The notes below the pieces were generated by a model. That model was not told where the DNA came from. It made no database searches and worked only from the letters and a program-made list of their open reading frames with translations. DNA of 64,000 nt from assembly GCA_964016885.1 (NCBI GenBank), contig OZ024743.1:39060001-39124000 (forward strand), given 5' to 3'. Positions 16,055 to 28,200 of the stretch are shown piece after piece. This stretch comes from Eledone cirrhosa. Its lineage: Eukaryota. Positions within the stretch are counted from its first letter, which is position 1. Every line of letters starts with the position of its first letter. The translations under genes and the position numbers were made by a program.

Positions 16055-18231
16055 AACGTTGATAGATTTCGGCCACTATTGGCCCAGGCCATGTCTAACT
16101 TAACAGCACCAACTGGCGAAGTATTACGAATCAGTATTTGGGCACCATGGCCCACTCGAGCAGAGAGTTATTGTTTACGGAGGCATATCTGGGTGTAGGA
16201 GGCTTATCCGGGATTTCTTGAAGGAATTTATCCAAAGACTTCTTGAACTTGATGGGGTCTGTCTCTGCTTTGATGTGTCTTGGTGTAATGTTAAAGAGTG
16301 CAGGGCCAATTGAGGTGAAATAATTGTGCCATATTGTTGTTAAGTGATACGAGTGAGATTTTTGTCGTGGGCGAATACCACGGGGCCCAAGCCTTGGGTG
16401 TACACTAAAGGAGATGCAAACATCATTTGGGCAAAGCTGATGGAATATGTTCCATATCATACAGATAATGTAGCGCTCAAGGCGAGGTTAGAGAGAATAA
16501 AGTTTGAGCTTTTCTAATCGACTCCAATAGTCAAGGCCTGTCATGCCAACTATCATTTTTGTAATTGACCTTTGGGGTGCTTCAACTTTCATGATACTTT
16601 GCTTCGTGTGGGGTGACCTCAGTGGACAACAGTATTCAAGGTGGGGTCGGGCAGTATTGTTTCTGCAGTATCTCGCCGATGGCTTTGGCATTGTCCTGGA
16701 GTGTGCCATTTCCATCAACTAGGGCGCCAACAGTGGATGGGTGACCTTGTGTTTTTTAGCAAATGAAAAGAACACTTTGGGGTTGAGTTTGATTTTCTCA
16801 ATGGCCCCACCTCTCTTCAGCTATTCTCTGGTCATTGTTGATGGTCATCATGTATTGCTGGAGGTTATATTTTTTTGACTCAAGCAGGGTGATAGCAATT
16901 GAATGTGTGTGTTGCTGTTGGCAGTATTTTAGTGTGTTAAATTTTTTATTTGTTCTTTTTTTTTCTGATAATTGTTTTTCTGTTTTGGGGCATATTGCAC
17001 TTGGTTTTTTGTTCACAGGTTTTGGTGGGGTGTGTTTTGTTCATATATTTTTGACAGTGTCTACAAAGATCTGCCAAGATGTTTTGATGTTGGTGGAAGT
17101 GTGTGCGTGTGTAAAAGACCAGTCGACATGTGATAGTTCGTTCATAATTGCATCCCAGTTGGTATTGTAGAGATCCATGTTATCAAATGGGTGGGCTGGA
17201 GAGAGGGCACTGGGATTAGCTTTCGGCTGGTGGAATCACAGGTTACAAAGAACCATGTCATGGTCTGAGAGAAGGGTTTTTTTCACTGTAATAGTATGTA
17301 TTGTGTTAGAGTGGTTACTTAACACTAGATCCAGAATGTTCTTCTGATGCCTAGATGGTGCAAGGACAAGTTGGGACAAAAAGAACTCATTCATGAAGTG
17401 AAGAGGGTGACTTGACAGCCTCTTTGTCAGTGGTTGAGGCTGTGGAGCCTGGTTTCAAACTACATGTAGACCAATCGACACAGGGTAGATTAAATTCTCC
17501 CATCAAAAGTATGTTGCTAGAATGGCACTTTTTAATAAATCAGTTAATACTGTTGATGCACTCTTTGAAGCAGATTATGGTTCTTTGCGGTGGACTATAG
17601 AGCCCAACTAATGTCAGGTCATTGGTTTTATTCTGCACAGTGACTGATTCAAAGTATCCATTAGAGAATGTTGTGTTTCCATCTGCCGTAAAGGAAACAT
17701 GCAAGAAAATTGCAGTTCCACCCTTCCTTCTGCCAACACGATCTGCACGGATGGCTGTGAAATTTCTCACTCTTACTTCGGCCCCCAAGCGGGAGTTGTC
17801 AAGGTGGGTCTCAGTTAGAATGAAGAAGGGGATGTGAAATGGATGGTTACCAACCTAATTCTCAATGAATTGGAACTTCCATTTCTGTGCATTGATGGAT
17901 GGGCTGATACCTTGTGTATTGAGTAAGAATGTGGAGGCTAGTGTGGTGGCTGGCTATGACTGTTGCAGAGGGATTGTTTTGTGATTGTATGTTAGTGACA
18001 GCAAGGATGGTGTTGGGTGATGACTAACATGTTTTTCCTCTATCTCTTTTGCCAGGTACATGACTAAAGAAGAAAGATTTTTTTTTTGTTCAGGGAGCAG
18101 TTTTTGATAGGATTTGTGGTTACAACATTGGATAGGGTTGCAGTTCCCTCTTTTGTTGTTGTTGTTGTATTTGTTGTAGTTGTGTCTTTGTGAAAAGACT
18201 GGAGCAGCATTACATTTGTTATTTTTGTTGT
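16055..18231 (-). mobile_element. CR1-like LINE with APE endonuclease and post-RT C-terminus; RT core deleted at ~16651
   Basis: LLNTQGI..LTETHLD..RADRVGRRKGGTAIF (APE motifs). RPHLEYCCPL.SPH..EAPQRSITK..RLEKLKLYSL (CR1-type C-terminus). Stops and frameshifts present. Confidence 0.8.
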
Positions 18232-19812
18232 TGTGGCTTAGAAAATTCAAAATTGACTGGCTTAGGTGCTGGAGACGACAAACCACTGGATGTAGGGGAT
18301 TCAACAAGAAAAGTTGTTCGTGTCCACTGATTACTAGGTGTTGTGGGGGATAATCTTTTCAAAGAACTTCCAGGGTGTAGATCAGCAGCAAATGGTTCAT
18401 TTTTACCGTTGGTCAGTTTGGAATAAGGCATCAATGATACAGGTATGTGATCAGGTAATCCAATCTCATAGCGGCGTAAAATTACTAGGTGCATAACAGT
18501 GCAGAATGTGTCTAATGATAGTGCACCATCTCGATTTAAATCAGAAAGTTACCAAATCTTTGAGAGTTCATGAACAGGCAACTTCGATTTTCAAAAACTT
18601 CTTTAGCAATTCTTCCTAGTATTACTCCATTTTCTTCGGGTTGCATTGTTTTGCATTGTTTTAGATAGTATTCTCTCTGTTCTTTAGATATAGTCCACAC
18701 ATCATCAATACTTTCATTTTCAGAATTAATTGATGAAGAATCAACACCCTTACTTTCCATATTTTCCCAAGACATTTTGTTGGCTGCTCCCGTATCTAAT
18801 AGACCTTTACTTTCTTGATCTTCAAAGGATGCCCATCCTGAGACATCATGCGCGAAGTTAGTATAAATAGATGGTGATTGAGCAACAGCAGCAGCAGTGA
18901 CAAGATCTGGTAAACAACATCCACTAACCACTGTCCCCGCTGGGACTGCACTGCCAGTTGTTGTGTTTGTCACAGGTGTGGTAGTTGCAGGGGTTGTAGT
19001 TACAAACTGGGAAGGCATTGCTGGATAAACTGTAGCTACTCGTGTCACTTGTCCGACTTGTCCAACACCTCCTGCATTGGCTGCTACATTGATCCCTGAA
19101 CTAGTCATGCTGGTATTGACAGATCCAGGAGCTGTTTGCTGCTTTCCGTTCGTAGCTAATTTCACTCTTTTGGTAGGAGACGTAGGTGGTGACTGTTTTG
19201 GAGGAAATGGTGGTGATTTACTATCAAGAGGAGACTCATCCCGGCCCTGTGAATTTTGTGAGGGCTTATCAGGTAAACTGCGGTATTGGCCAGAGAGATT
19301 ACGAACATGGGACTTCTTAATAACTGTCCCGTGGGTTGTGGAAGGGCTGGTTGTGAAGTTGTGCGAGATGAAGTAACTTGGTTGCCACTGTTTGCATTTA
19401 CAGGACATACACCATCATAATAGTAGTGGCATCAGACTCTCCAGATATCACATTCCTAGAAATAGTTGGGATAGCCTGGTTTTTCCATTTTGTCGTATCC
19501 ATTTGACCGATGAAATTTTGGTAAAGAAACCACCATTGCCAGATTGAGGTTATCTAATTTGGCGGGAAGACCATCCTGAACAGCAGCAATCAGTTTCAAA
19601 GCAATATAAAATTGACTTCGACCAAAATGACCTAGTCTTTTAGCTTCACATAGCTCAGAAATCTGTTGGAGAACGTCTAGGCTAAGTCCTGACAACTTAA
19701 ACAAATCCAATGCTTTGGAGCGGGTTACTCTTCCAGACCCTTCGACCTCGCAGGTCTGGAGAAGTTCACCGTAATACCGCTTATCTTGGTCACATAGCTT
19801 TAAACTTTCCAT
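18232..19812 (-). pseudogene. REPS1: Intronless, 3'-truncated processed pseudogene of RalBP1-associated Eps-homology domain protein (REPS1/2)
   Basis: MESLKLCDQDKRYY..ELCEAKRLGHFGRSQFYIALKLIA (REPS N-terminal EH-like domain). WTISKEQREYYLKQ..LSD.NRDGAL..FCTVMHLVILRRYEIGLPDHIP (EH domain). Contiguous without introns; stops and frameshifts. Confidence 0.85.
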
Positions 19813-19894
19813 TGGTGAATCTAGAAAAGGAGGAAGGCAGATTCTTTGTCTTTATTCCTCTGCTGAAACAGTAATGGTCCGGTTGACAAATAAT

Positions 19895-20079
19895 TGTTTC
19901 TACTTTTTGGCACAAGGCCAGCAATTATCCCAGTACATTACTGGTACTTTATTTTATCGACCCCGTAAGGATGAAAGGCAAAGTTAACATCGGCGGGATT
20001 TGAACTCAGATCGTAAAGGGACGTAACTAAGCTGGAAAGCATAATCCAACCCTCTACCGATACTGCCAATTCACCGCCC
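19895..20079 (-). mobile_element. Full-length family A SINE with 12-bp target-site duplication
   Basis: TSD ttgacaaataat at 19883-19894 and 20080-20091. Confidence 0.92.
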
Positions 20080-20294
20080 TTGACAAATAATATAACTTGA
20101 GGTCCAACATATAAACAATGATAGAATTGAAATAAGATAGTTAATTACTAGCTAACAGCAGTTAGTTTAAAACAAGCGAATTATGTTCTTGCCAATATGC
20201 TATACCATGTATTATCACAGGAATAAACATATGACAGGAGATTTTGTAACTATCTGTACATCTGGACAACAACGATAGCAAGACATGCCTTTTA

Positions 20295-20322
20295 CATACA
20301 TGTATGTATATATATATATAGT

Positions 20323-20367
<45 letters not shown>

Positions 20368-20683
20368 GTATATATGTATATACATATATACATACGTATA
20401 TACATATATATATATACACATATATATGTATGTATATATGTATTTATATAGATATGTATGTATATATATATAGGTATGTATATATGTATATATATATGTA
20501 TGTATGTATATACATATGTATGTATATCTATATGTATGTATATACATATGTATGTATATCTATATGTATGTATATATATATATATATGTATGTATATATA
20601 TATATATATGTATATATGTATATATATATATTTATATATATATATACATATATACATACATATATATAAATATATAAGTATAA

Positions 20684-20714
<31 letters not shown>

Positions 20715-20811
20715 TATATTTATACATGCATATATATATATATGCATACACACAGTTATTCATACATATGTATATATATATATATATGTACATATATATA
20801 ATAATACATTT

Positions 20812-20862
<51 letters not shown>
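20295..20862. repeat. (TA)n/(TATG)n compound microsatellite
   Basis: Direct reading. Confidence 0.95.
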
Positions 20863-20863
<1 letters not shown>

Positions 20864-20866
<3 letters not shown>

Positions 20867-21022
20867 CGACTCCCATGTACGTCAATGCTCGTCTTTTTTC
20901 CATTTATCTGAGGGTTCCAAACCCAATTATCAGGCTAAACATTTCTTTACTCTAAAATACGGTGAAAGCTATTCTATTTTCTAATTTCAAACCTGCTCAC
21001 TGTTTCAAAACATACTTATTTG

Positions 21023-21024
<2 letters not shown>
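20864..21024 (+). mobile_element. 5'-truncated copy of the tRNA-headed element (family T, see 58645) between (TA)n tracts
   Basis: gttcgactcccatgtac...caggctaaa...tttcaaacc.gctc.ctgtttc aligns with 58782-58950. Confidence 0.75.
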
Positions 21025-21092
<68 letters not shown>

Positions 21093-21098
<6 letters not shown>

Positions 21099-22813
21099 CA
21101 GGAAAGAAGGTTTACATGGTTTGCTATACAAAAAATTTTTAATCACATACCTTACATTTGTTTCACTGTGCTGGTATGTCTAGAGATCGCTATCCGCCTA
21201 ATTTTGCGTCACTCGATCGCCAATACAGAATTATAACCAGTCAGATCTTCGGAGCATGCGAGAATGAAAAAAATATACAGGCAAGAAAATAAAAGAAAAT
21301 ATGGAGTAGTTATGGCATTCAATATTACGATGGGTTCAAATGATTCTGCGCAAATTACAGATATCGTGGGGCTATTCATAGCACACAACCTACATAAGGA
21401 ATTCAGTAACCTCCAAGGAGGAATTTATAGGGACGACACGTTACTTATAGCTAGGAACCTAAACAACCAGAGCATGGAAAGACTAAGGACAAATATTAGA
21501 ATATTCTTCAAAAAACTAGGCCTAAGTATTACCTACGAACTAAACCATAAGAAGGTAAATTTTCTAGATGTAACTCTAAATTTAAATACTGGATTAATAG
21601 AACCTTTCCACAAAAATAATGAAAATCTTGCCTACATTAGTTACAACTCAAATCACCCCAAATCCATAATTAAATCCATAGCACGTAGTATATCCCTCCG
21701 AATATCCCGCCTATCCTCAAACCTAGAAATCTTTAACGAGCATGCTGACTATTATAATGCAGCATTAAGTAGGGCCGGTCATAAAGATAAACTACAGTAT
21801 ATAGTGAATAAGGACAACATAAACAATCCTAGTAATTTCTACTCCAACCACTCACATAATAATAGGAATAGCTTGACTAGACATAGGGTTAGACATGTAA
21901 CACCTAGAGTAAACGGCCAAAACACTAATAACGTAAACCCTAGAAACAATAGAAGAAACAGATAAAGAAAATGCCTATGGTTCAACCCAATATTCAACTC
22001 CTCTATAAAAACTAGACTGCCCTCTATATTCTTTAAACTAATAGATAAACACTTCCCTATCTCGCATAGATATCACAAAATACTCAATAGATCTACTATA
22101 AAACTCTCTTTCTCAACAGCAGCTAACATAGAATCACACATACGCAAGATCAACCGCAGAAATATCTCAAGTAAATCAATTGCACCTATACATAAGCACA
22201 AACTCATCACAACATCACAACCACAAGCGCATACAAACGCGCAGCAGCAAAACCCCATTGGGCATATATCACAACCCACTTATAACAGGGTACTAAATAG
22301 GAATGTAAAAGCTGCACATAATAGCGCCTCAAACTGCAACTGTCACCTCCCAGATAGGTGCCCATTGGCGAACAGATGTCTCGATTCGAGCCTGGTGTAC
22401 ATGTGCACTGTCATCTCGGGTAACTCCACTTGGAATTACATAGGATCCACCGCGGGTTCTTTTAAGAAAAGATGGTATGTGCACAGGCACTCGATGAAAA
22501 ACCGAGCTCTTATGGGTTCCACCACCCTCGCCAGAAAAATATGGGAATTGAAGGACTGCAACGCTAGCTACACTATCAACTGGTCGAAGTTGTCGACTGC
22601 TAAAACCTATAGTACAGGTATGTCCTATTGCGGGCTGTGTGATCTTGAGCTATTGTATATCCTTAGAAATGTTAAAAGGCTACTTAATAATAAGTTAGAA
22701 AGATCTATCTTCTGCAGACATAGAATAGCCACTAAATTCATAAGATTCAAACCTCCGTGAATCGAACCAACATAACATAGCTTTAAATTAGGATACCTAC
22801 TATCCACTAAAAA

Positions 22814-22847
<34 letters not shown>

Positions 22848-23118
22848 TTCATTAAGTATACTATTTCCTTCACAAGTCGATACCACACAATAGTCTGTAA
22901 ATACCTCATCTACCAACAATCTTACTCCTTATCAGCTGCTGCAATCATTTGATCCTAGATCCTAGTTTTTCTCATTTCACTACTACAATGTTACTTTACC
23001 TTCTTTTTGCCATATTACAATTAGCACGCTTTTCTCTTTGCATGTATGTATATTTTTGTACGAGTGTATATTAATGTGTATGTATGTGTCTATGTACACA
23101 TATATGTGTATATATATT

Positions 23119-23169
<51 letters not shown>

Positions 23170-23858
23170 AGATATATGCGTATATTAATTCGTTAACCTC
23201 TGTATTAACTCTACAACTATTGAGCTTTGACAGTGGTCCCACTCATGTATACTGTTGAAGATGATGAGAAAGACTGTAAAAACTAGCTTATCTTTATAAT
23301 TTAAAATTGATACACACTACGATACTTTTTGCCTTATGACAGCTGGTTTTCACGCCGTAACATTAGATACATTATATACCCCCCACCTAAGTAATGTCAG
23401 GGTCTCCTTAAATAGTTTATTGATAGCATTGTTGTAATAATTGTTGTTGTTATTGTTCTACTTGAATGCCATAACTACTCCATATTTTCTTTTATTTTCT
23501 TGCCTGTGTATTTTCTTCATTCTCGCATGCTCCGAAGATCTGACTGGTTATAATTCTGTATTGGCGATCGAGTGACGCAAAATGAGGCGGATAGCGATCT
23601 CTAGACATACCAGCTCAGTGAAACAAATGTAAGCTATGTGATTAAAAATGTTTTGTATAGCAAACCATGTAAACCTTCTTTCCTGATTTATTATTACTCC
23701 AAGTGTTTACAACATAGGAATTACAGCATACCCACAGCATCACTATGAAAACGCCTTGTTGAGTCAAACCAAGCCAAGCGTTAATATCATCCACTACCTG
23801 GAATACCATAACTGGACTTCACCTAAGTGGACTGCATTTAACTATTATTTGTTAATCC

Positions 23859-23860
<2 letters not shown>
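21093..23860 (+). mobile_element. 5'-truncated Naiad-type PLE with inverted 5' pLTR
   Basis: FNITMGSNDSAQITDIVG..IYRDD..VNFLDVTLNL..SNHP; CNCHLPDRCPLANRC; VY..YIGST GIY-YIG ending 22760. 21093-21322 is the inverted repeat of 23462-23691. Confidence 0.92.
23526..23638 (+). ncRNA. Type I HHR with CCGAAGA core and large loop II (antisense copy at ~21146-21258)
   Basis: catgct CCGAAGA tctgactgg..ccagctcagt GAAAC aaat GTA agctatg. Confidence 0.65.
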
Positions 23861-23906
<46 letters not shown>

Positions 23907-23909
<3 letters not shown>

Positions 23910-25349
23910 GACAAACATAGAATATTCGAAAATATTCTGTATGTTTATAATAAACATTTCGAAGACCCAATCGCTATAGAATAGAATACGTCACGTATTA
24001 CAATTTGAGATTCTCGATAAAAGCAAGGGAAGTAACCTACGCGTTTCATTCTTATTAGAAATCATCAGGATTACATATCCAGTGCTTTTATCGAGAATGA
24101 CACAGCTAGAGACTTATAGAATACTTAGCTGTGTACAGGAACTGATTTGAAAGAGCGGTTGCCGGTCCGGCAGAAATTAGAATTTGGATATAATGCTCTG
24201 AAATAGCGATATATACGTGAAGACAAACATAGAATATTCGAAAATATTCTGTATGTTTATAATAAACATTTCGAAGACCCAATCGCTATAGAATAGAATA
24301 CGTCACGTATTACAATTTGAGATTCTCGATAAAAGCAAGGGAAGTAACCTACGCGTTTCATTCTTATTAGAAATCATCAGGATTACATATCCAGTACTTT
24401 TATCGAGAATGACACAGCCAGAGACTTATAGAATACTTAGCTGTGTACAGGAACTGATTTGAAAGAGCGGTTGCCGGTCCGGCAGAATTTAGAATTTGGA
24501 TATAATGCTCTGAAATAGCGATATATATGTGAAGACAAACATAGAATATTCGAAAATATTCTGTATGTTTATAATAAACATTTCGAAGACCCAATCGCTA
24601 TAGAATAGAATACGTCACGTATTACAATTTGAGATTCTCGATAAAAGCAAGGGAAGTAACCTACGCGTTTCATTCTTATTAGAAATCATCAGGATTACAT
24701 ATCCAGTGCTTTTATCGAGAATGACACAGCTAGAGACAGCAACCGCTCTTTCAAATCAGTTCCTGTACACAGCTAAGTATTCTATAAGTCTCTAGCTGTG
24801 TCATTCTCGATAAAAGCACTGGATATGTAATCCTGATGATTTCTAATAAGAATGAAACGCGTAGGTTACTTCCCTTGCTTTTATCGAGAATCTCAAATTG
24901 TAATACGTGACGTATTCTATTCTATAGCGATTGGGTCTTCGAAATGTTTATTATAAACATACAGAATATTTTCGAATATTCTATGTTAGTCTTCACATAT
25001 ATATCGCTATTTCAGAGCATTATATCCAAATTCTAATTTCTGCCGGACCGGCAACCGCTCTTTCAAATCAGTTCCTGTACACAGCTAAGTATTCTATAAG
25101 TCTCTAGCTGTGTCATTCTCGATAAAAGCACTGGATATGTAATCCTGATGATTTCTAATAAGAATGAAACGCGTAGGTTACTTCCCTTGCTTTTATCGAG
25201 AATCTCAAATTGTAAGACGTGACGTATTCTATTCTATAGCGATTGGGTCTTCGAAATGTTTATTATAAACATACAGAATATTTTCGAATATTCTATGTTT
25301 GTCTTCACATATATATCGCTATTTCAGAGCATTATATCCAAATTCTAAT
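23907..25349. mobile_element. Young retrozyme-like array: 312-bp units, ~2.7 on minus then ~2 on plus, in (TA)n
   Basis: Unit markers at 23907, 24219 and 24531; inversion at ~24738; plus units at 24739 and 25051; copies nearly identical; one HHR per unit. Confidence 0.92.
24827..24869 (+). ncRNA. Minimal type I HHR (also 25139-25181 on plus; 24032-24074, 24344-24386 and 24656-24698 on minus)
   Basis: gtaatc CTGATGA tttct aata agaat GAAAC GC GTA ggttac. Palindromic stem III ACGCGT. Flanked by the perfect 16-bp helix attctcgataaaagca/tgcttttatcgagaat. Confidence 0.9.
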
Positions 25350-25409
25350 ATATATATATATATATGTGTGTGTATGTATGTATGTATGCGTGTGTATATA
25401 TATATATAT

Positions 25410-25606
25410 GCATGTGTCGGACAGCTTAAACGCGCTTTTGGCCCACTTGATACCATTCACATGCCATTTGTTAACACCAGAGTAGGAGTAGAATACACTT
25501 GCACAAGATTGCAGGCATTGTGATTGCACGGACGTCAACGTGGTTGCAAATCAATGTTGCGTTTGCACTCATAATTTCTCAGTTGCACAGCCATACCTGC
25601 ACCTAC
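25410..25606 (-). mobile_element. Diverged tRNA/CORE-type SINE head
   Basis: Minus strand ggtgcaggtatggctgtg..caaccacg..tcttgtgcaagtgtattctact resembles an octopus CORE-type SINE 5' region (recognition from memory only). Confidence 0.45.
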
Positions 25607-27745
25607 ATGGTACAAATATTAAACAAAACAAATCAAATGAAGTTCTGGTAATTCTATAACACAATATCTCTAATTGTGCTTCATCAGCAACGCGTGTGAT
25701 TATATTTATTCATTAAGACCATTAATTATTTCATTAATAATCTAAAACAGAGTATCACTCCAGACATCATTTCGAAGTTATACTAAATTTAATCTATTCT
25801 TCCTTTATTCTATTTTCTATATAATTTCTTCAAGTATTGACTACTTGATTTAATGAAATATGAATTCATGGATAATTCTTGTTAAATGTTCTTCAGTATT
25901 CTAATTGATATCCAAATATTTAAGTTGATATTCAGCCAAAAGTAAACTAATCGCAATAAATAAGGAAACTACATTACAATAATGCACTAGAGAAAAGACA
26001 GACGTTTAGAAAAAAGATAGATGCTTCGAAAATGAAAACGATCTTCCTAGAAAGATATTACATGTCAATTATTTCTCAGAGGTTACTGGACAAAATAATT
26101 TGTATATTTCGTATTTCGTTTTATTATAATATTTCATGTCTAAGATGCAACATGTTACATAATGAAATAAATATTAGATGTAACTTCTTTCAATTACCTT
26201 GTGTTGTCAAATGATGTGGCGTAAAGCCTTGTTCAGGCTTTGTGGGGGTGGGGCACGATATGTAATATGAATTCATGTAAGTGCATGTGAAGTATTAAGG
26301 AATAATCTGCGTGTGTATGTGTGATTGTTTAATATGTGAAAAGTTTGCCAGTGTCAATGTATTCGTATGGAGATTAGTTGTGACTTTACTGAAGTGAAAT
26401 AACTCTAAAGTGAATTAATGTATGTTAATGTAGGCGGTAGTGATATTCGGTGTTCAAAATTAGTAAGATTTATGTGGGAGGTGTCATTGTCTAGCGCGTG
26501 CAAGTGGAGTGGATCTGTGAAAGAAAATCCTAGTACGTTGCTCTACAATGTAGAAATGTAGGAGTTGAAGAGTGAATGGTGCGTGTGAGCATACAGGGTT
26601 TGTAGATATATATAAGGGATTAAGGAAGCGCGGAAATGATGGGTGTGTGCTCATGGTAATTGACCACCATCGGATACGAATTACATTGTTTAATGTTCTT
26701 AATATAGATTGACTTGTTTGCACTGCATATACCAATTATATCGCTTAATGATCGTGAAATAAACTTATTTGTGCTATTATCCTCACTTGGATTATTATTA
26801 TCACTGCGTTACTTTGTCTTTTAAACCTTCTTGAAGTAATTGAAATATTTGTTAAGATACCAATTATTTCCAGCAGCAACGGGTAATTCATCTATGATGT
26901 TATACTCCGCTTTGTCAGTTGCCTATGTCTATGATATACTACTGTTAGATAATTATCTACAGAAATTCATAAGATTAATGTACTTCTTGGATCTCAGCAT
27001 AAAAGCTTTAATTTGAAATATGGAGAGGGAAGGAATTCTAGTTAGTTGATATTGTATGGAAGAAGAACCAGAGATACTGGTGTGGTGAGTGAAAGGTATG
27101 ATTCCTGGGAGTAGAGTGAGTAGAGTCATGAGAGCATATGTAATGCCATGACCAGAATATTCATTTCCTAACCGATGAGCAGGGGGTTTAACAAAAAACG
27201 GTTAGATAGCCAGAATGAAATGATATCAAATAAGAAAGTTAGTATGTGAAAGGACATGAATTCATGCGATACATTTTACATAACGTCTTTTGAATAACAC
27301 ATTCTCTGAATTAAATCAAGCTAAAATATTTCTAAATTACAACGCCACGGTGAAATTTTTACAAAATCATTATACGTCATCGTACTATGGAACAATAAAA
27401 AAAAAACATTGTTTGTTATTTAACTTCTAATGCCAAAGGATAAAAAGACCATATGTTATCAAAACTTTTAATACTTTAGTAAGATATAATACGTGTGAGA
27501 AAAAATAATGCCTCTCGCATTAGAGATGTAAACATAAATATTTTCCCAATATATGTTTGTGTGTAAGTGAAAAAAGTTTATGAGACTCTCTGAAATGACA
27601 AAATATGGAGCTTCTTGTTAATATTATCCTGGTATGTGTATTATGCACGATAAACATAACAATCAATACGCTACGAGGATAGTATTTTCGGTATTATCTG
27701 TCTGTATAAACCAATTGCAAAGACGTTTTGATTTAAAAATGTAAA

Positions 27746-27822
27746 ATATGTAAAGGTTATTGGATGTGAATGATCTAGTTTCAAGTTTTAGCATTAATAT
27801 AGAAAGAATGTGTGTGTGTGTT

Positions 27823-27885
<63 letters not shown>

Positions 27886-27918
27886 GTATATATATATAAA
27901 TATATATATATGTATATG

Positions 27919-27949
<31 letters not shown>

Positions 27950-27956
27950 GTATATG

Positions 27957-28005
<49 letters not shown>

Positions 28006-28012
28006 GTATATG

Positions 28013-28045
<33 letters not shown>

Positions 28046-28088
28046 GTATATGTATATATATATAAATGTATATATATATATATATGTG

Positions 28089-28120
<32 letters not shown>

Positions 28121-28183
28121 TTCTGTCTATATTAATGATACAACTTGAAACTAGATACTTCATATCCAATAACCTTTGCATAT
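27746..28183. repeat. ~65-bp imperfect inverted repeats flanking a (TG)/(TA)/(CA) microsatellite
   Basis: atatgtaaaggttattggatgtgaa..tctagtttcaagtt versus aacttgaaactaga..ttcatatccaataacctttgcatat. Confidence 0.8.
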
Positions 28184-28200
28184 ATATATATATATATATA

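Noticed and set aside
23907-25349. CRISPR-like or satellite interpretation of the tandem arrays
   Set aside because: No variable spacers and a eukaryotic context; the low copy number with one HHR per unit fits retrozymes.
26200-27250. Possible very old RT relic on the minus strand (STHP-like motif)
   Set aside because: Too degenerate to support without a profile search.
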